The notes beneath the pieces are model-generated. The model was not told where the DNA came from, made no database searches, and saw nothing but the letters and a program-made list of their open reading frames with translations. Shown here one piece after another: positions 19,320 to 30,218 of a stretch of DNA of 64,000 nucleotides. Made by a program: the position numbers and the translations under genes. How positions within the stretch are numbered: the first letter of the stretch is position 1; the number at the start of each line of letters is the position of its first letter. Origin of the DNA: Bacillota bacterium (GTDB lineage: Bacteria > Bacillota > DTU025); the NCBI GenBank assembly GCA_050951805.1, contig JBMNJT010000008.1, positions 128,001 to 192,000 of the forward strand, written 5' to 3'.

Positions 19320-19916
19320 CTACTTGCGGCTTCCAGGCTTCACCGGCTCCGATCCCCCGCGGCAGAGCGGACAATCGGCGGCGTCCCAAGAGACGACTTC
19401 CATGGTGATGACCGCGCGCTGCTTCACGCCAAAGTCGATTGCGCCGTTGCTCCTGTCCACCAAAACCCCCACGCCCGCTACGATTCCGCCGGACTTTTCT
19501 ACCAGGCTCATCACTTCCCTCACTGAGCCTCCGGTGGTTGTGACGTCTTCTACGACGAGTACTCGTTGGCATGGGGTGATGGAAAATCCCCGACGGAGGG
19601 CCATCGTGCCCGAACTGTCGCGCTCTGCGAAGATTGCGGGCACACCCAGTTGTCGTCCGGTTTCGTAGGCGACGATGATGCCGCCCATAGCCGGGCCTAT
19701 AACGAGGTCTATCTGGTCATCCGCGAAATCCGCTGCCAGCCAGCGTGCCAACTTTTCAGTGTATTGCGGGAATTTGAGGACCTGAGCGCACTGCATGTAT
19801 CTATCACTGTGCCTTCCGGAGGTGAGCAGGAAATGACCATCGAGAAGAGCTCCGGATTCGGTGAAGATCTCCAGGGCCTCCTTCAGATGGTCGTTGCAGC
19901 CAGGTTCATTGCCCAT
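19320..19916 (-). CDS. pyrE: Orotate phosphoribosyltransferase
   Basis: GHFLLTSGRHS, GPAMGG, VLVVEDVTTTGGS, KPGSR. Confidence 0.95.
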   Translation of the reverse strand: MGNEPGCNDHLKEALEIFTESGALLDGHFLLTSGRHSDRYMQCAQVLKFPQYTEKLARWLAADFADDQIDLVIGPAMGGIIVAYETGRQLGVPAIFAERDSSGTMALRRGFSITPCQRVLVVEDVTTTGGSVREVMSLVEKSGGIVAGVGVLVDRSNGAIDFGVKQRAVITMEVVSWDAADCPLCRGGSEPVKPGSRK

Positions 19917-20673
19917 ATGCCAAACACCTCTCTTTTTCGGCCTTAGCTTCGGCAATCTCCATCACTATTCTCCTTGCAGCTTCAAGTCTGTTTTCGGCTC
20001 GGGTGATGGGGCGTCCCACAACTATGTAATCGGCGCCGAGGGCGATGGCTTTCGCTGGAGTAGTTATTCTGCGTTGGTCGTCTGTGGCCAGACCTGCGCT
20101 CCAAGATGGACGAATTCCGGGGGTGACGATCTTGATTTCGGGTCCGCACGCTTTCCGCACGGCGACTATCTCCCGGGGTGAACAGACTACGCCGCCTGCG
20201 CCGCATTCCTGCGCCAGTTTGGCCCAGGATGCAGCCACTTCCTCGACGGAGGCATCGTGTATTAACATCTCTTTATCGAGTTGTTCCTGACCGATGCTGG
20301 TAAGCACCGTCACAGCGAGGATGAGCGGCTCATCCGCTCCGCAAGCGGCACTTTCGTCCTTCACAGCTTCGGCCAAGGCTTTTAGCATGTGGGTTCCGCC
20401 TGCCGCATGGACAGTGAACATGGCGCATCCGAGCCTCGCCATGATTCTGCCTGCAGCCGCAACCGTGTTGGGGATGTCGTGAAACTTGAGGTCTACGAAC
20501 ACCTGTCCGCCCAGCTTTTGGATACTCCTGACTACATCAGGGCCTTCGCTGTTGAAAAGCTGCATCCCGATTTTAAAGGCGCCGGCTTCACCAGCGAGCT
20601 CGTGCGCTATTGCCAAAGCTTCTTTTTTGGTGTCGACGTCGAGGGCTACGATGAGGGCGTCCTTAGGTTCCAT
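19906..20673 (-). CDS. pyrF: Orotidine-5'-phosphate decarboxylase
   Basis: LIVALD, DLKFHDIPNTV, VTVLTS, VTPGIRP, DDQRR, VVGRPIT. Alternative start at 20712. Confidence 0.95.
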   Translation of the reverse strand: MEPKDALIVALDVDTKKEALAIAHELAGEAGAFKIGMQLFNSEGPDVVRSIQKLGGQVFVDLKFHDIPNTVAAAGRIMARLGCAMFTVHAAGGTHMLKALAEAVKDESAACGADEPLILAVTVLTSIGQEQLDKEMLIHDASVEEVAASWAKLAQECGAGGVVCSPREIVAVRKACGPEIKIVTPGIRPSWSAGLATDDQRRITTPAKAIALGADYIVVGRPITRAENRLEAARRIVMEIAEAKAEKERCLAYGQ

Positions 20674-20708
20674 ATCGCACGCTCCTTTTGCGGCGGCGTC
20701 TTTCCATC

Positions 20709-21638
20709 TCATTTGAGAGCCGCCCCGATAATCTGGTCAATGCTTTCGAGATCGTGGGAGATCAGATAATCCCTAACTCCTTCAATGACTTCCATGGCAA
20801 GTGTGGGGCGGATGAAGGTTCCCGTCCCGATCGATACTGCCGTTGCACCCGCCATGTGAAACTCCAGGGCGTCCTTGGCCGAGATGATACCGCCCCCGCC
20901 CAGAATGGGAATGTCGACCTCCCTTGCGACCTGGTATATCATGCGAAGAGCTACTGGCTTTATGGCGGGTCCTGAAAGCCCGCCGAAGACGTTCCCCAAT
21001 ACGGGACACCTGTTTTCCACGTCAATCGCCATGCCCGCAAGCGTGTTTATCATCGATATGGCGTCAGCGCCCGCATCCTGGCAGGCTGAGGCTATGGCGA
21101 CGATATCGGCGACGTTGGGAGAGAGTTTCGGGATTACCGGAAGTGATGTAACGCTACGGACCGCGCTCACTACTTCCCGGGCTGCGCCGGGGTCAGCCCC
21201 AAAGTGCATTCCTCCCCGCGCCACGTTGGGGCATGAGATGTTTATCTCTATCCCGGCTACCCCGCCGTGACCGTCGATGATTGCAGCCAGTTCGGCGTAT
21301 TCGTCGACGGTTTCCCCAGCTATGTTGGCTATCACCGTGACATGGCGATCCAGGAGAGACGGGAGATGCTCGTCGAGAAAGGCCCTTATGCCAGGGTTTT
21401 CAAGACCGATGGCATTCAGCATCCCGCAGGGAGTCTCGACTATCCGCGGTGGCGAGTTTCCGGCGCGCGGGCGCAAGGTCGTTCCCTTGACCACAACAGC
21501 GCCTACGCTGGCGGGATCCACCAGATCTATGTAGTCCATGCCGTATCCGAAGGTTCCTGACGCCATTACCACGGGGTTGGCAAGCTTGATCCCTCCGAGG
21601 TCGACTCCAAGGTTTGGGGCTAATCCTTCCGCTCGCAT
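20709..21638 (-). CDS. pyrD: Dihydroorotate dehydrogenase family 1B, catalytic subunit
   Basis: [49 protein letters not shown]. Confidence 0.95.
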   Translation of the reverse strand: MRAEGLAPNLGVDLGGIKLANPVVMASGTFGYGMDYIDLVDPASVGAVVVKGTTLRPRAGNSPPRIVETPCGMLNAIGLENPGIRAFLDEHLPSLLDRHVTVIANIAGETVDEYAELAAIIDGHGGVAGIEINISCPNVARGGMHFGADPGAAREVVSAVRSVTSLPVIPKLSPNVADIVAIASACQDAGADAISMINTLAGMAIDVENRCPVLGNVFGGLSGPAIKPVALRMIYQVAREVDIPILGGGGIISAKDALEFHMAGATAVSIGTGTFIRPTLAMEVIEGVRDYLISHDLESIDQIIGAALK

Positions 21639-22504
21639 CCTGCGACCTCCTCTCCGCCGAAGTCTGCCTCGGCTTCAAACTCGATACTGTCCAAGGGAAA
21701 GACGGGTCCGTCCACACAGACCTTCACGTAGCCTTCGTCGCTTCCCCGGAGCTTTCGCGCGCAGCCGAGACATGCCCCGATGCCACAGGCCATGTGAGCC
21801 TCGAGGGATGCTTCTCCGGATATGTTGAACTCTTGAGCAAATCGGGCCACGGTCGCCATCATCTGCTCAGGGCCACAGGTGTATACGGCGTCGGGCTTGC
21901 ACTCTTCGAGCGCCCGGGGGAGGAGATCTGTCACCACCCCACGAGCTCCTGAGCTTTCATCCAGCGTAGTGCAATGGCATGAGGCGCCCAGTTGCTGCAG
22001 CCGGTAGAGGGCTACTAGTTCCCCGCAAGTGTTTGCACCGTATAAGACATCGACTTTCCAGCCTGAGTGGACAAGGACGCGGGCGAGATACACGAGAGGC
22101 GCAATTCCGACCCCCCCGCCGACCAGGAGCGCGCACGGCGTATGCGTGCGTCGCGGCACGGAGAACCCCCTTCCTAGTGGGCCCATGATGTCGACGAGGT
22201 CGCCTGTCCTGAACCTCGTCATCAAGGATGACCCCGTTCCCCGAGCCTTGTAAAGAATAGAGATGCTCTCGCGTTCCGTGTCCACATCGTAAAGGCTAAA
22301 GGGCCTCCGGAGGAGTGGGTGTGCATGTTCGCCCGCAAGATACGGGGGCGTGGTGCACGCGTGGACAAACTGCCCCGGGCGCGGCCTTGCCGCCACGGTC
22401 CGAGGTGCGGCGACTTCCATCTCCCAAAGCCCCACTCCTACATGATCGTTCCTGATGATTGTCGCCGTTTCCACGCAAACGGTGCCCTCTTCGACTCGTT
22501 CCAT
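21620..22504 (-). CDS. pyrK: Dihydroorotate dehydrogenase electron-transfer subunit
   Basis: [48 protein letters not shown]; TAATG coupling to pyrC. Confidence 0.93.
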   Translation of the reverse strand: MERVEEGTVCVETATIIRNDHVGVGLWEMEVAAPRTVAARPRPGQFVHACTTPPYLAGEHAHPLLRRPFSLYDVDTERESISILYKARGTGSSLMTRFRTGDLVDIMGPLGRGFSVPRRTHTPCALLVGGGVGIAPLVYLARVLVHSGWKVDVLYGANTCGELVALYRLQQLGASCHCTTLDESSGARGVVTDLLPRALEECKPDAVYTCGPEQMMATVARFAQEFNISGEASLEAHMACGIGACLGCARKLRGSDEGYVKVCVDGPVFPLDSIEFEAEADFGGEEVAGCERKD

Positions 22505-23814
22505 TAAAGCTTCATCTCCGTAACGATACCTTCTTTGAAAACTATGTGACCGTCCACAATAGTCATCCACGGCCATCCTCTGAGCTGCACTCCCTTGTAT
22601 GGAGTGTTTTTGCCCTTAGAGTAGAAGCGGCGCGGATCCACGGTCCTGACTTCGTCGGGGTCTATGACAGTGATGTCTGCAGGACTGCCTGGAGTCAGAG
22701 TCCCCTTGTCGATCCCGAGGATTTTGGCCGGTCGGGTAGTTAAAAGAGCGATCGCAGTACAAAGCTGCAATGCTCCCGTGTTGACTAGTCTATCCATAAT
22801 TAAGGCCACTGCAGTTTCAAGGCCTGATATTCCAAATGCCGCAGCGCCGTACTCGCAATCCTTGCTCTCCACATGATGGGGCGCGTGGTCGGTGGCGATG
22901 CAATCCACCAAACCTGATGCGACAGCTTCCCGCAAGGCCGCAACGTGTTCTTCGGAGCGCAGAGGCGGATTCACCTTTGTGTCGGCATCGTAAGAGCCCA
23001 CAGCCTCGTCGGTGAGGGTGAGGTGATGGGGGGTTGCCTCGCAGGTGATGCGGACTCCCTCTGCCTTTGCTCTCTGTATGATCTTCAGACTCCCAATAGT
23101 CGAAACGTGGCAGATGTGGAGCCGACCTCCTGTGAGCTTTGCCAGCATCACGTCTCTTGAGACCATTATCTCCTCAGCCTCGGCCGGAATCCCTTGGAGC
23201 CCGTAGATGGTGGAGCGGAACCCTTCATGCATCTGTCCGTCGCGGGAGAGGTTGATATCCTCGCAATGGGAGAGGACGGGAATATCGAACATGCGGGCGT
23301 AGTCTAGGGCATGGCGCATGATGTCGGACCTCATGACCGGTTTACCGTCGTCAGAAACGGCTACGCATCCCGCCTGGACCAGCTCAGCCATTTCGCTCAG
23401 TTCCTCGCCGTCTTGGCCTTTTGTGATGCTCCCTATTGGGAGTACGTTGACGATGCCTACTTCACGCGCCCTTCTGGCGACGTATCCTGCTACTGCTCCG
23501 TTGTCCACCACTGGGTTTGTATTCGGCATGGCACATACCGTAGTGAATCCTCCTGCTGCCGCTGCGCGGGACCCGGTCAGGATATCCTCTTTGTATTCGT
23601 ATCCTGGCTCCCTCAAATGTGCATGGAGATCGATGAATCCGGGGCAGACGATCTTTCCGGAGCAGTCTATCACGTTGGTGCCAGAGTCCGCGCTTTCCTC
23701 GCCTGGTATGTCGCCTATGGCGGCGATCCTTCCGTCTTCCACCAGGACACAAGTTACAGTGTTAATTCGGTTAGCCGGGTCTACGACCCTGCCGCCCCTA
23801 AGCAGCAATCTCAT
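22504..23814 (-). CDS. pyrC: Dihydroorotase
   Basis: PGFIDLHAHLREPG, MPNT, SDDG, HCED, KVNPPLR, IATDHAPH, SKGKNTP. Confidence 0.95.
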   Translation of the reverse strand: MRLLLRGGRVVDPANRINTVTCVLVEDGRIAAIGDIPGEESADSGTNVIDCSGKIVCPGFIDLHAHLREPGYEYKEDILTGSRAAAAGGFTTVCAMPNTNPVVDNGAVAGYVARRAREVGIVNVLPIGSITKGQDGEELSEMAELVQAGCVAVSDDGKPVMRSDIMRHALDYARMFDIPVLSHCEDINLSRDGQMHEGFRSTIYGLQGIPAEAEEIMVSRDVMLAKLTGGRLHICHVSTIGSLKIIQRAKAEGVRITCEATPHHLTLTDEAVGSYDADTKVNPPLRSEEHVAALREAVASGLVDCIATDHAPHHVESKDCEYGAAAFGISGLETAVALIMDRLVNTGALQLCTAIALLTTRPAKILGIDKGTLTPGSPADITVIDPDEVRTVDPRRFYSKGKNTPYKGVQLRGWPWMTIVDGHIVFKEGIVTEMKL

Positions 23815-24739
23815 CTTTTCGACCTCCCATCATGAGGAATAGGAGTGCCATGCGGACTGCAACTCCGTTTGCGACTTGTTCATTGACGAGGGTGTTGGGA
23901 CTTTCCGCAAGTTCAGTAGATATCTCGATGCCTCTGTTCATCGGCCCCGGATGGAGGACGATGGCGTCGTCGCCTGCGAACTTGAGATGTTCGGGGCGGA
24001 GCATGTATAGTTCGGCATATTCGTCGAGGGAAGGGAAGAGTCCTGTACGCTGTCGCTCCCTTTGAATTCTGAGGACATTTATGACGTCCACTCCGCTGAT
24101 ACCCTCTTTGAGGTCGAAATACTGCTTGACCCCGAGCCGTTCGATCTCGGGAGGCATCAATGTAGACGGGCCTACTACGCGCACTTCGCAGCCGAACTTG
24201 CTCAGGCCGTATATGTTCGACCGTGCCACGCGGCTGTGGAGGATGTCGCCGACAATCGCGACCTTCAGCCCTTCCAGCGTGCCCTTGCGTTCGCGGATGC
24301 TGAACATGTCAAGCAGCGCCTGAGTTGGATGCTCATTTGTGCCGTCGCCAGCGTTTATCACCCGCATAGTGGTGTTTCTGGCGACGTAATGGGGAGCTCC
24401 GCTCATAGAATGGCGCATGACCAGGATATCAGGGCCCATCATCTCGATGGTTTTTATGGTGTCCTTGAGGCTTTCGCCTTTCTGAACGCTGCTGGTTGAT
24501 ACGGCAAGATTTGATGTGTCAGCGCTGAGATACTTTCCGGCAAGCTCGAATGAGGTTCTGGTACGGGTGCTGTTCTCATAAAAGACAGTGATCATGCCCT
24601 TACCGCGAAGAGCGGGCACCTTTTTGATTTCGCGCCTGATCACGTCCTTCATGGGGACGGCAGTATCGAGTATCAGTTCGATCTCTTCCTTGCTGAGGTC
24701 CTTGAGCCCCAATAGATCTTTTCTTTCGTCAAAGTTCAC
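23798..24739 (-). CDS. pyrB: Aspartate carbamoyltransferase catalytic subunit
   Basis: FYENSTRTRTSF, NAGDGTNEHPTQALLD, HSRVARS, RIQRER, HPGPMNRG; GTG start at 24739. Confidence 0.95.
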   Translation of the reverse strand: MNFDERKDLLGLKDLSKEEIELILDTAVPMKDVIRREIKKVPALRGKGMITVFYENSTRTRTSFELAGKYLSADTSNLAVSTSSVQKGESLKDTIKTIEMMGPDILVMRHSMSGAPHYVARNTTMRVINAGDGTNEHPTQALLDMFSIRERKGTLEGLKVAIVGDILHSRVARSNIYGLSKFGCEVRVVGPSTLMPPEIERLGVKQYFDLKEGISGVDVINVLRIQRERQRTGLFPSLDEYAELYMLRPEHLKFAGDDAIVLHPGPMNRGIEISTELAESPNTLVNEQVANGVAVRMALLFLMMGGRKDEIAA

Positions 24740-24805
24740 CGTCGCGCCCCCTTGTGCCCTGTAACTGTCCTTGCGAAGGCAGAATCGTTGCCGCAGCTTT
24801 AGGTT

Positions 24806-24901
24806 ACAAGAAACCTTCCCCGCAGTGCGTTGCAGGGAAGGCACACCGGCATCATGCTGCTGCACTTTCCCTTGCCAGCCTCACTGGACTAGTTTAAAGG
24901 G
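24806..24901 (-). promoter_or_regulatory. PyrR-binding attenuator between pyrR and pyrB
   Basis: Minus strand CCTTTAAACTAGTCCAGTGAGGCTGGCAAGGG (PyrR consensus), then terminator CCTTCCCTGCA...TGCGGGGAAGGTTTCTTG. Confidence 0.9.
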
Positions 24902-24920
24902 ACTATTATATTGGAAACAC

Positions 24921-25481
<561 letters not shown>

Positions 25482-25494
25482 TTAATTGTGGGCA

Positions 25495-25582
25495 TAAAAA
25501 GAACCTGCACAAGCCGTGAGGCCAGGCAGGAACAGCATGCGTGCAGCGATCCTTGTTAGCCTCACGGGGCTACCCTTAAAGG
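25495..25582 (-). promoter_or_regulatory. PyrR-binding attenuator in the pyrR leader
   Basis: Minus strand CCTTTAAGGGTAGCCCCGTGAGGCTAACAAGG, then hairpin CCTGCC...GCAGGTTCTTTTT containing CCTCACGG, which is complementary to the binding loop. Confidence 0.85.
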
Positions 25583-25601
25583 TTCTGCTCAGTCGCATTT
25601 G

Positions 25602-25630
25602 ATTTTAAGGCAATAGGGTCCCAAAGTCAA
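25602..25630 (-). promoter_or_regulatory. sigmaA-type promoter of the pyr operon
   Basis: TTGACT-N17-TAAAAT on the minus strand just upstream of the PyrR leader. Confidence 0.7.
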
Positions 25631-25787
25631 TGGCCACACGCACATTCTCTTGCATCCCGCTCAAGTGCAGTACCCAAGGCGCTTGGCAGCGCATTCAGTG
25701 CTAGGCACGTACGGTGCAGGCCGCAGCAGTGGTCAACTGCAAAGCTGGATATGAGTCCTGTTGGGCTGGTGGAGCCAATTGGGCCTG

Positions 25788-25841
25788 TTGACAGGGGAAG
25801 GGGATAGCGCTACCATATTACTGCACTGACTGGTCAGTGCA
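25788..25841 (+). promoter_or_regulatory. Promoter plus TetR-type operator for the MMPL-tetR operon
   Basis: TTGACA-N17-TACCAT, then palindrome TGCACTGAC-TG-GTCAGTGCA (25822-25841). Confidence 0.7.
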
Positions 25842-25865
25842 ATAATTTGTGGATGGAGATCTGGT

Positions 25866-27941
25866 ATGCAACTATTGGCTCACACGATCGTGAAAAACAG
25901 GCATCTTGTCTTGGTTATAGCCTTGATCTTGTTGATTCCGTCAGTATATGGCGTGCTTCATGCCAGAATAGAATATGATCTCATGTCATACCTTCCGGAC
26001 GACCTAGATTCCGTACGGGGAATGGATATTCTGGATAGGGAGTTTCATTATGCTGATCGTGCAATAGTTGTCATCAGGGATGATCCCGATTGGAAAGTCC
26101 TCAAGCTGAAGGAGATGATCGAACAGGTCGATGGGGTCTCGTCCGTCTTTTGGATTTCGGACATTTCGGACCCAGCGATCCCCCACGACTATCTTGGAGA
26201 AGAAATCGTCTCCCAGTTCTATAAGGGCGACATCACATTTCTGTTGGTGCATCTGGCGGAGGGCGGCATATCGCTTGAATCCGAAAAAGCGATAGCCGAC
26301 ATCAAGGCCCTGTTAGACGATAATCAGCGTCTCATAGGCCAGGTTGTAAGTGGCATTGAAATGAAGGAGCTGGGGATGAGCCAAACGCCTGGAATGGTTC
26401 GGGCGGCGGTCATCTTGATATTCCTCGTGCTTTTGCTTGCTTTGCCTTCGGTAGCATTGCCCTTCATATTCATGGCGACTATAGGGGCGGCCTATGCCTA
26501 CAACATGGGAATTGCGTACATCTTCGGACAACGGGTGTCATACATAACCAACTCATGCGCTGCTGCGTTGCAGCTTGGCGTGACGATGGACTACTGCATT
26601 TTCCTCATCCACAGTTTCCAGGCTGAACGCAAAACGCACGACCCGGAGACAGCGATGGAGAAGGCGATTGCCAGCACTGCAACGGCGGTCGTTGCAAGTG
26701 CCATTACAACTGCCACCGGATTTGCGGCGCTCGCGCTGATGAGCGTGAGGCTCGGGGCGGATATGGGGCTTTTCATGGCAAGGGGCATACTCCTCTCCGT
26801 AATTGCTACATTGACGGTACTTCCCAGTCTGGTACTGGTCTTTCAAGGTGTCATCGACAAGTTTGCCCACCGATCGTTTCTTCCCAGATTTGACGGGATC
26901 GCAAATTGGGCGATCCGGCGCAGAGTGCCTGTTTTTGCCCTGGCTGTCGTAATCATGGCCGCGGGCTATTATGGGTACTCCAAGGTAGAGCTCAATTACG
27001 ACTTGGAGGCGACCTTTCCCCGGGAGATACCGTCAATCGTCGCCATGGAGGAGTTCAGTGAGGCTTTTGGGAGCATGCGGGAGGCCTATGTAGTCATTCG
27101 CGATATGCCTGGCTGGCGGCTGCAGCAGATAACGGCTGAGCTTCGGGAGATAGAAGGCGTGAATTCTGCTGAATGCCTCGCCGATCTGGTGGATCCGGCG
27201 ATCCCTCTCGACTTTGTGCCTGGGGAAGTGGCCAAGAGATATGTGGGTGGCGGGTACAGCAACATCATCCTGAACATAGCAGGCTCAGGCCTGGATGATA
27301 CAACTGAAAACCTCATTGCAAATGTCAGGGAAGTATTGGCTGATGTGGATGAAGAATGCTATCTTACCGGAAGTCCTGTCATAACCAGTGATCTTCGGAG
27401 GATCACCGACCGGGACATGGTAGTGGTTAACGCAGTCTCAATAGTTGCGATCTTCGTCATCGTGATGATCGCATTCCGTTCTCCCACCGTAGCGATTGTC
27501 CTTGTCGCCGCCATAATGAGCGCGATATGGGCTAACCAAGCAATATCAGGGATCTTAGGCCAGCCGCTCTTTTTCTTCTCGGGCCTTGCCATAGGTGCGA
27601 TCCAACTAGGTGCCACGGTGGACTACGCGATTCTCGTGGCCAGCACGTTCCGGGAGAAACTGGGCGAGTTGGACCCTGTAGAAGGGATGCGGCGCACCAT
27701 GATAGAATGCGGGCCAGCGATTCTCAACAGCGGTCTTGCGCTGTTCGCTGCGATAATGGGGGTCTACTTTGCAACTACACTGCTGGCAGTTAAGGAATTG
27801 GGGCTTCTTCTGGCCAGAGGGGCTCTGATAAGCATGGGGGTTGCATCTGTACTGCTTCCCCCTGTGATTCTCGTGCTCCATCCTCTTTTGGTAAGAACCT
27901 CACTAAGATGGCCTGCAGGACGCGACCTGGAGCAGAATTGA
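25866..27941 (+). CDS. MMPL/RND superfamily transporter
   Basis: Two internal repeats, each with a soluble loop and TM bundle; LQLGVTMDYCIF and IQLGATVDYAIL. Confidence 0.88.
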   Translation: MQLLAHTIVKNRHLVLVIALILLIPSVYGVLHARIEYDLMSYLPDDLDSVRGMDILDREFHYADRAIVVIRDDPDWKVLKLKEMIEQVDGVSSVFWISDISDPAIPHDYLGEEIVSQFYKGDITFLLVHLAEGGISLESEKAIADIKALLDDNQRLIGQVVSGIEMKELGMSQTPGMVRAAVILIFLVLLLALPSVALPFIFMATIGAAYAYNMGIAYIFGQRVSYITNSCAAALQLGVTMDYCIFLIHSFQAERKTHDPETAMEKAIASTATAVVASAITTATGFAALALMSVRLGADMGLFMARGILLSVIATLTVLPSLVLVFQGVIDKFAHRSFLPRFDGIANWAIRRRVPVFALAVVIMAAGYYGYSKVELNYDLEATFPREIPSIVAMEEFSEAFGSMREAYVVIRDMPGWRLQQITAELREIEGVNSAECLADLVDPAIPLDFVPGEVAKRYVGGGYSNIILNIAGSGLDDTTENLIANVREVLADVDEECYLTGSPVITSDLRRITDRDMVVVNAVSIVAIFVIVMIAFRSPTVAIVLVAAIMSAIWANQAISGILGQPLFFFSGLAIGAIQLGATVDYAILVASTFREKLGELDPVEGMRRTMIECGPAILNSGLALFAAIMGVYFATTLLAVKELGLLLARGALISMGVASVLLPPVILVLHPLLVRTSLRWPAGRDLEQN

Positions 27942-27972
27942 CGCACCAAGCTAAGAAGGAGAATACGGACAA

Positions 27973-28548
27973 ATGGACACAAGAACCCTCATATGCCATG
28001 GGGCTGTGCGCGTTTTCGCGCAGAAAGGCTATGATGCGACATCTGTTGACGAAATTGCGGCGGCAATCGGTGTGGCTAAAGGCACGATCTACTATCATTT
28101 CAAGGGCAAACGGGAGCTGTTCGTGGCATCGATCAAAGGTGGCCTAAGGGATCTGATCGATGAGGCGAAGGCAGCCGTAGATAGGATCGGCGACCCGATT
28201 GAACAGCTCAGCTGCATATTTGATACCCTTTTGGAGCGGCAGAGGAAATCGAAGGATTTTGTGTACTTGCTCTTCAAGGAGGCGATGGCTCCTGGCAGGG
28301 AGTGGCTCGAGGAGATATCGGAATGCTGGAATGAGCTTGCATCCCTCATATCCCACGTAGTCGACAGGGGCAAAGAAGCCGGGGCAATACAGAATCTGGA
28401 GACTGATACGATAACCAGGTACATACTGGGCTCCATGGCCACGGCGGCCATGGCCGGAATGGGTGATGGAACGCAGACTCCTAGGACTGCAGAGGGGCTG
28501 AAGAAGATCATGTTGAGGGGAATAGTGACGGCAGGCTGTCCGGTGTAG
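27973..28548 (+). CDS. TetR/AcrR family transcriptional regulator
   Basis: FAQKGYDATSVDEIAAAIGVAKGTIYYHFKGK HTH. Confidence 0.93.
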   Translation: MDTRTLICHGAVRVFAQKGYDATSVDEIAAAIGVAKGTIYYHFKGKRELFVASIKGGLRDLIDEAKAAVDRIGDPIEQLSCIFDTLLERQRKSKDFVYLLFKEAMAPGREWLEEISECWNELASLISHVVDRGKEAGAIQNLETDTITRYILGSMATAAMAGMGDGTQTPRTAEGLKKIMLRGIVTAGCPV

Positions 28549-28654
28549 CAACGGGATGGACCGCTAGATGATGGGAGAGGTGTGCCGGGGCCTGCGAACA
28601 CCGAAAATGTCCGAGGCCCTGTCCGATTGAGGCATATTCTATAGGCACCCTCTT

Positions 28655-30037
28655 CTATCTTCCCTTGGCGGCTTTTGAAGCGAGGTACTTCTTTGTTTCG
28701 TTGGGGAACAGTGCGTAGGAGATGGCGTCTTCCTCTGTTCCTCCGAACTCCGCCACACTTTCTCTGGCAGCCGGCATTCCAGGTTCCAGGCCATCCCCGG
28801 GCCTTCGCGTGGTGGGCGTCTCATCTCCGATAGCTTTCTTTTTCAGTTCGGGGTCTATCTTTCCTGGTGGTCTCCCGTATTCGCCGCGGATGTACGCACG
28901 CACTTCATTGGAAATTGTCTTGTACCTTTCTCCCTGGATCACGTTGAATGTGGCTTGGGTGCCCACGATCTGGCTCATGGGAGTGACCAGGGGCGGGTAA
29001 CCCATCTCTTCTCTCACCCGAGGAACCTCCGCAAGGATCTCCTCTATCCTGTTCTCCGCGTTCATCTGCTTGAGCTGGGCGCGCAGGTTAGAGATCATTC
29101 CGCCGGGTATCTGGTATACTAGGACATCGGTGTTGACTTGCACAGGAGCGATGAGGTCGCTGTACTCGGGCGTATTCTCGATTATCTCTCGCAGAATGGC
29201 GGCAGCTGGCCTGATTTGCCTTACATCCAGTCCGGTGTCGTGATCCGAGCCTGCGAGAGCTACTATCATGGACTCTGATGGCGGCTGCGACGAACCCAAC
29301 GCAACTGTGGAGGTGGAACAGTCAACTACTGTTGCTCCTGCTTCAATCGCCTTGAGATACGTCATGGATGCCATTCCTGACGTATAGTGGCAATGAACAT
29401 GAATGGGCAGGCCTACTGTCTCAACCAGTTTCCCCACGAGCTCTTCAGCGGCGTAAGGCGCGAGGATTCCTGCCATGTCCTTTATGCATATGGAATCTGC
29501 GCCGATGTCCTTGAGCTGCTGAGCGTATTTGACGTACCCATCTATGGTGTGCACAGGGCTGATGGTGTAGGATATCGTTCCCTGGAAATGGGCGCCTGCA
29601 TTCTTTACGGCAAGGGCCGCGCGTTCTATATTTCTCACATCATTTAAGGCATCGAATATCCTTACAATATCTATTCCCAGCTCCACCATTTTGTTGACGA
29701 ATGCATCGACCACATCGTCGGGGTAAGGCCGGTAACCGACGAGGTTCTGGCCGCGAAGCAACATCTGCATGGGCGTGTTCACAAGCGCTTGCCTCAAAAG
29801 GCGCAACCTTTCCCATGGATCTTCATCTAGATAGCGCAGACACGTGTCGAATGTTGCCCCTCCCCAAACTTCCATGGAGTAGAAGCCGACTCGATCCAAA
29901 TAGGCTGCGAGCTCGAGCATGTGTTCGGTGCGCATCCGAGTGGCGAAAAGGGACTGATGGGCGTCGCGAAATGTTGTGTCGGTTATCCCCACTCTAGCGC
30001 CGTCTTTTGTTTTCGGGACCCTGATCATCTTCTCCAT
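28655..30037 (-). CDS. Carboxyltransferase subunit (oxaloacetate decarboxylase alpha / pyruvate carboxylase B / transcarboxylase 5S family), no biotinyl domain
   Basis: DTTFRDAHQSL, EVWGGATFD, QMLLRGQN, FDALND, IKDMAG, HCH, QIPGGMISN, PPLVTPMSQ; ends without an AMKM domain. Confidence 0.9.
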   Translation of the reverse strand: MEKMIRVPKTKDGARVGITDTTFRDAHQSLFATRMRTEHMLELAAYLDRVGFYSMEVWGGATFDTCLRYLDEDPWERLRLLRQALVNTPMQMLLRGQNLVGYRPYPDDVVDAFVNKMVELGIDIVRIFDALNDVRNIERAALAVKNAGAHFQGTISYTISPVHTIDGYVKYAQQLKDIGADSICIKDMAGILAPYAAEELVGKLVETVGLPIHVHCHYTSGMASMTYLKAIEAGATVVDCSTSTVALGSSQPPSESMIVALAGSDHDTGLDVRQIRPAAAILREIIENTPEYSDLIAPVQVNTDVLVYQIPGGMISNLRAQLKQMNAENRIEEILAEVPRVREEMGYPPLVTPMSQIVGTQATFNVIQGERYKTISNEVRAYIRGEYGRPPGKIDPELKKKAIGDETPTTRRPGDGLEPGMPAARESVAEFGGTEEDAISYALFPNETKKYLASKAAKGR

Positions 30038-30218
30038 CCCCCTTTCGGGCGAGATTAATCGGCGTCCTCTGACGCGCTTAACACATAGTATAGCACCTCT
30101 TCTGTCAAATGGGCAGCAACCTAGGGAGGTTTTAGCAGATCCGCTTGTGGGACATCCCGGTTGGAGGATGGATGATGTTGGGTGGCGAAGATCTCTGTAG
30201 TGCGGAGGTGAAGTAGGG

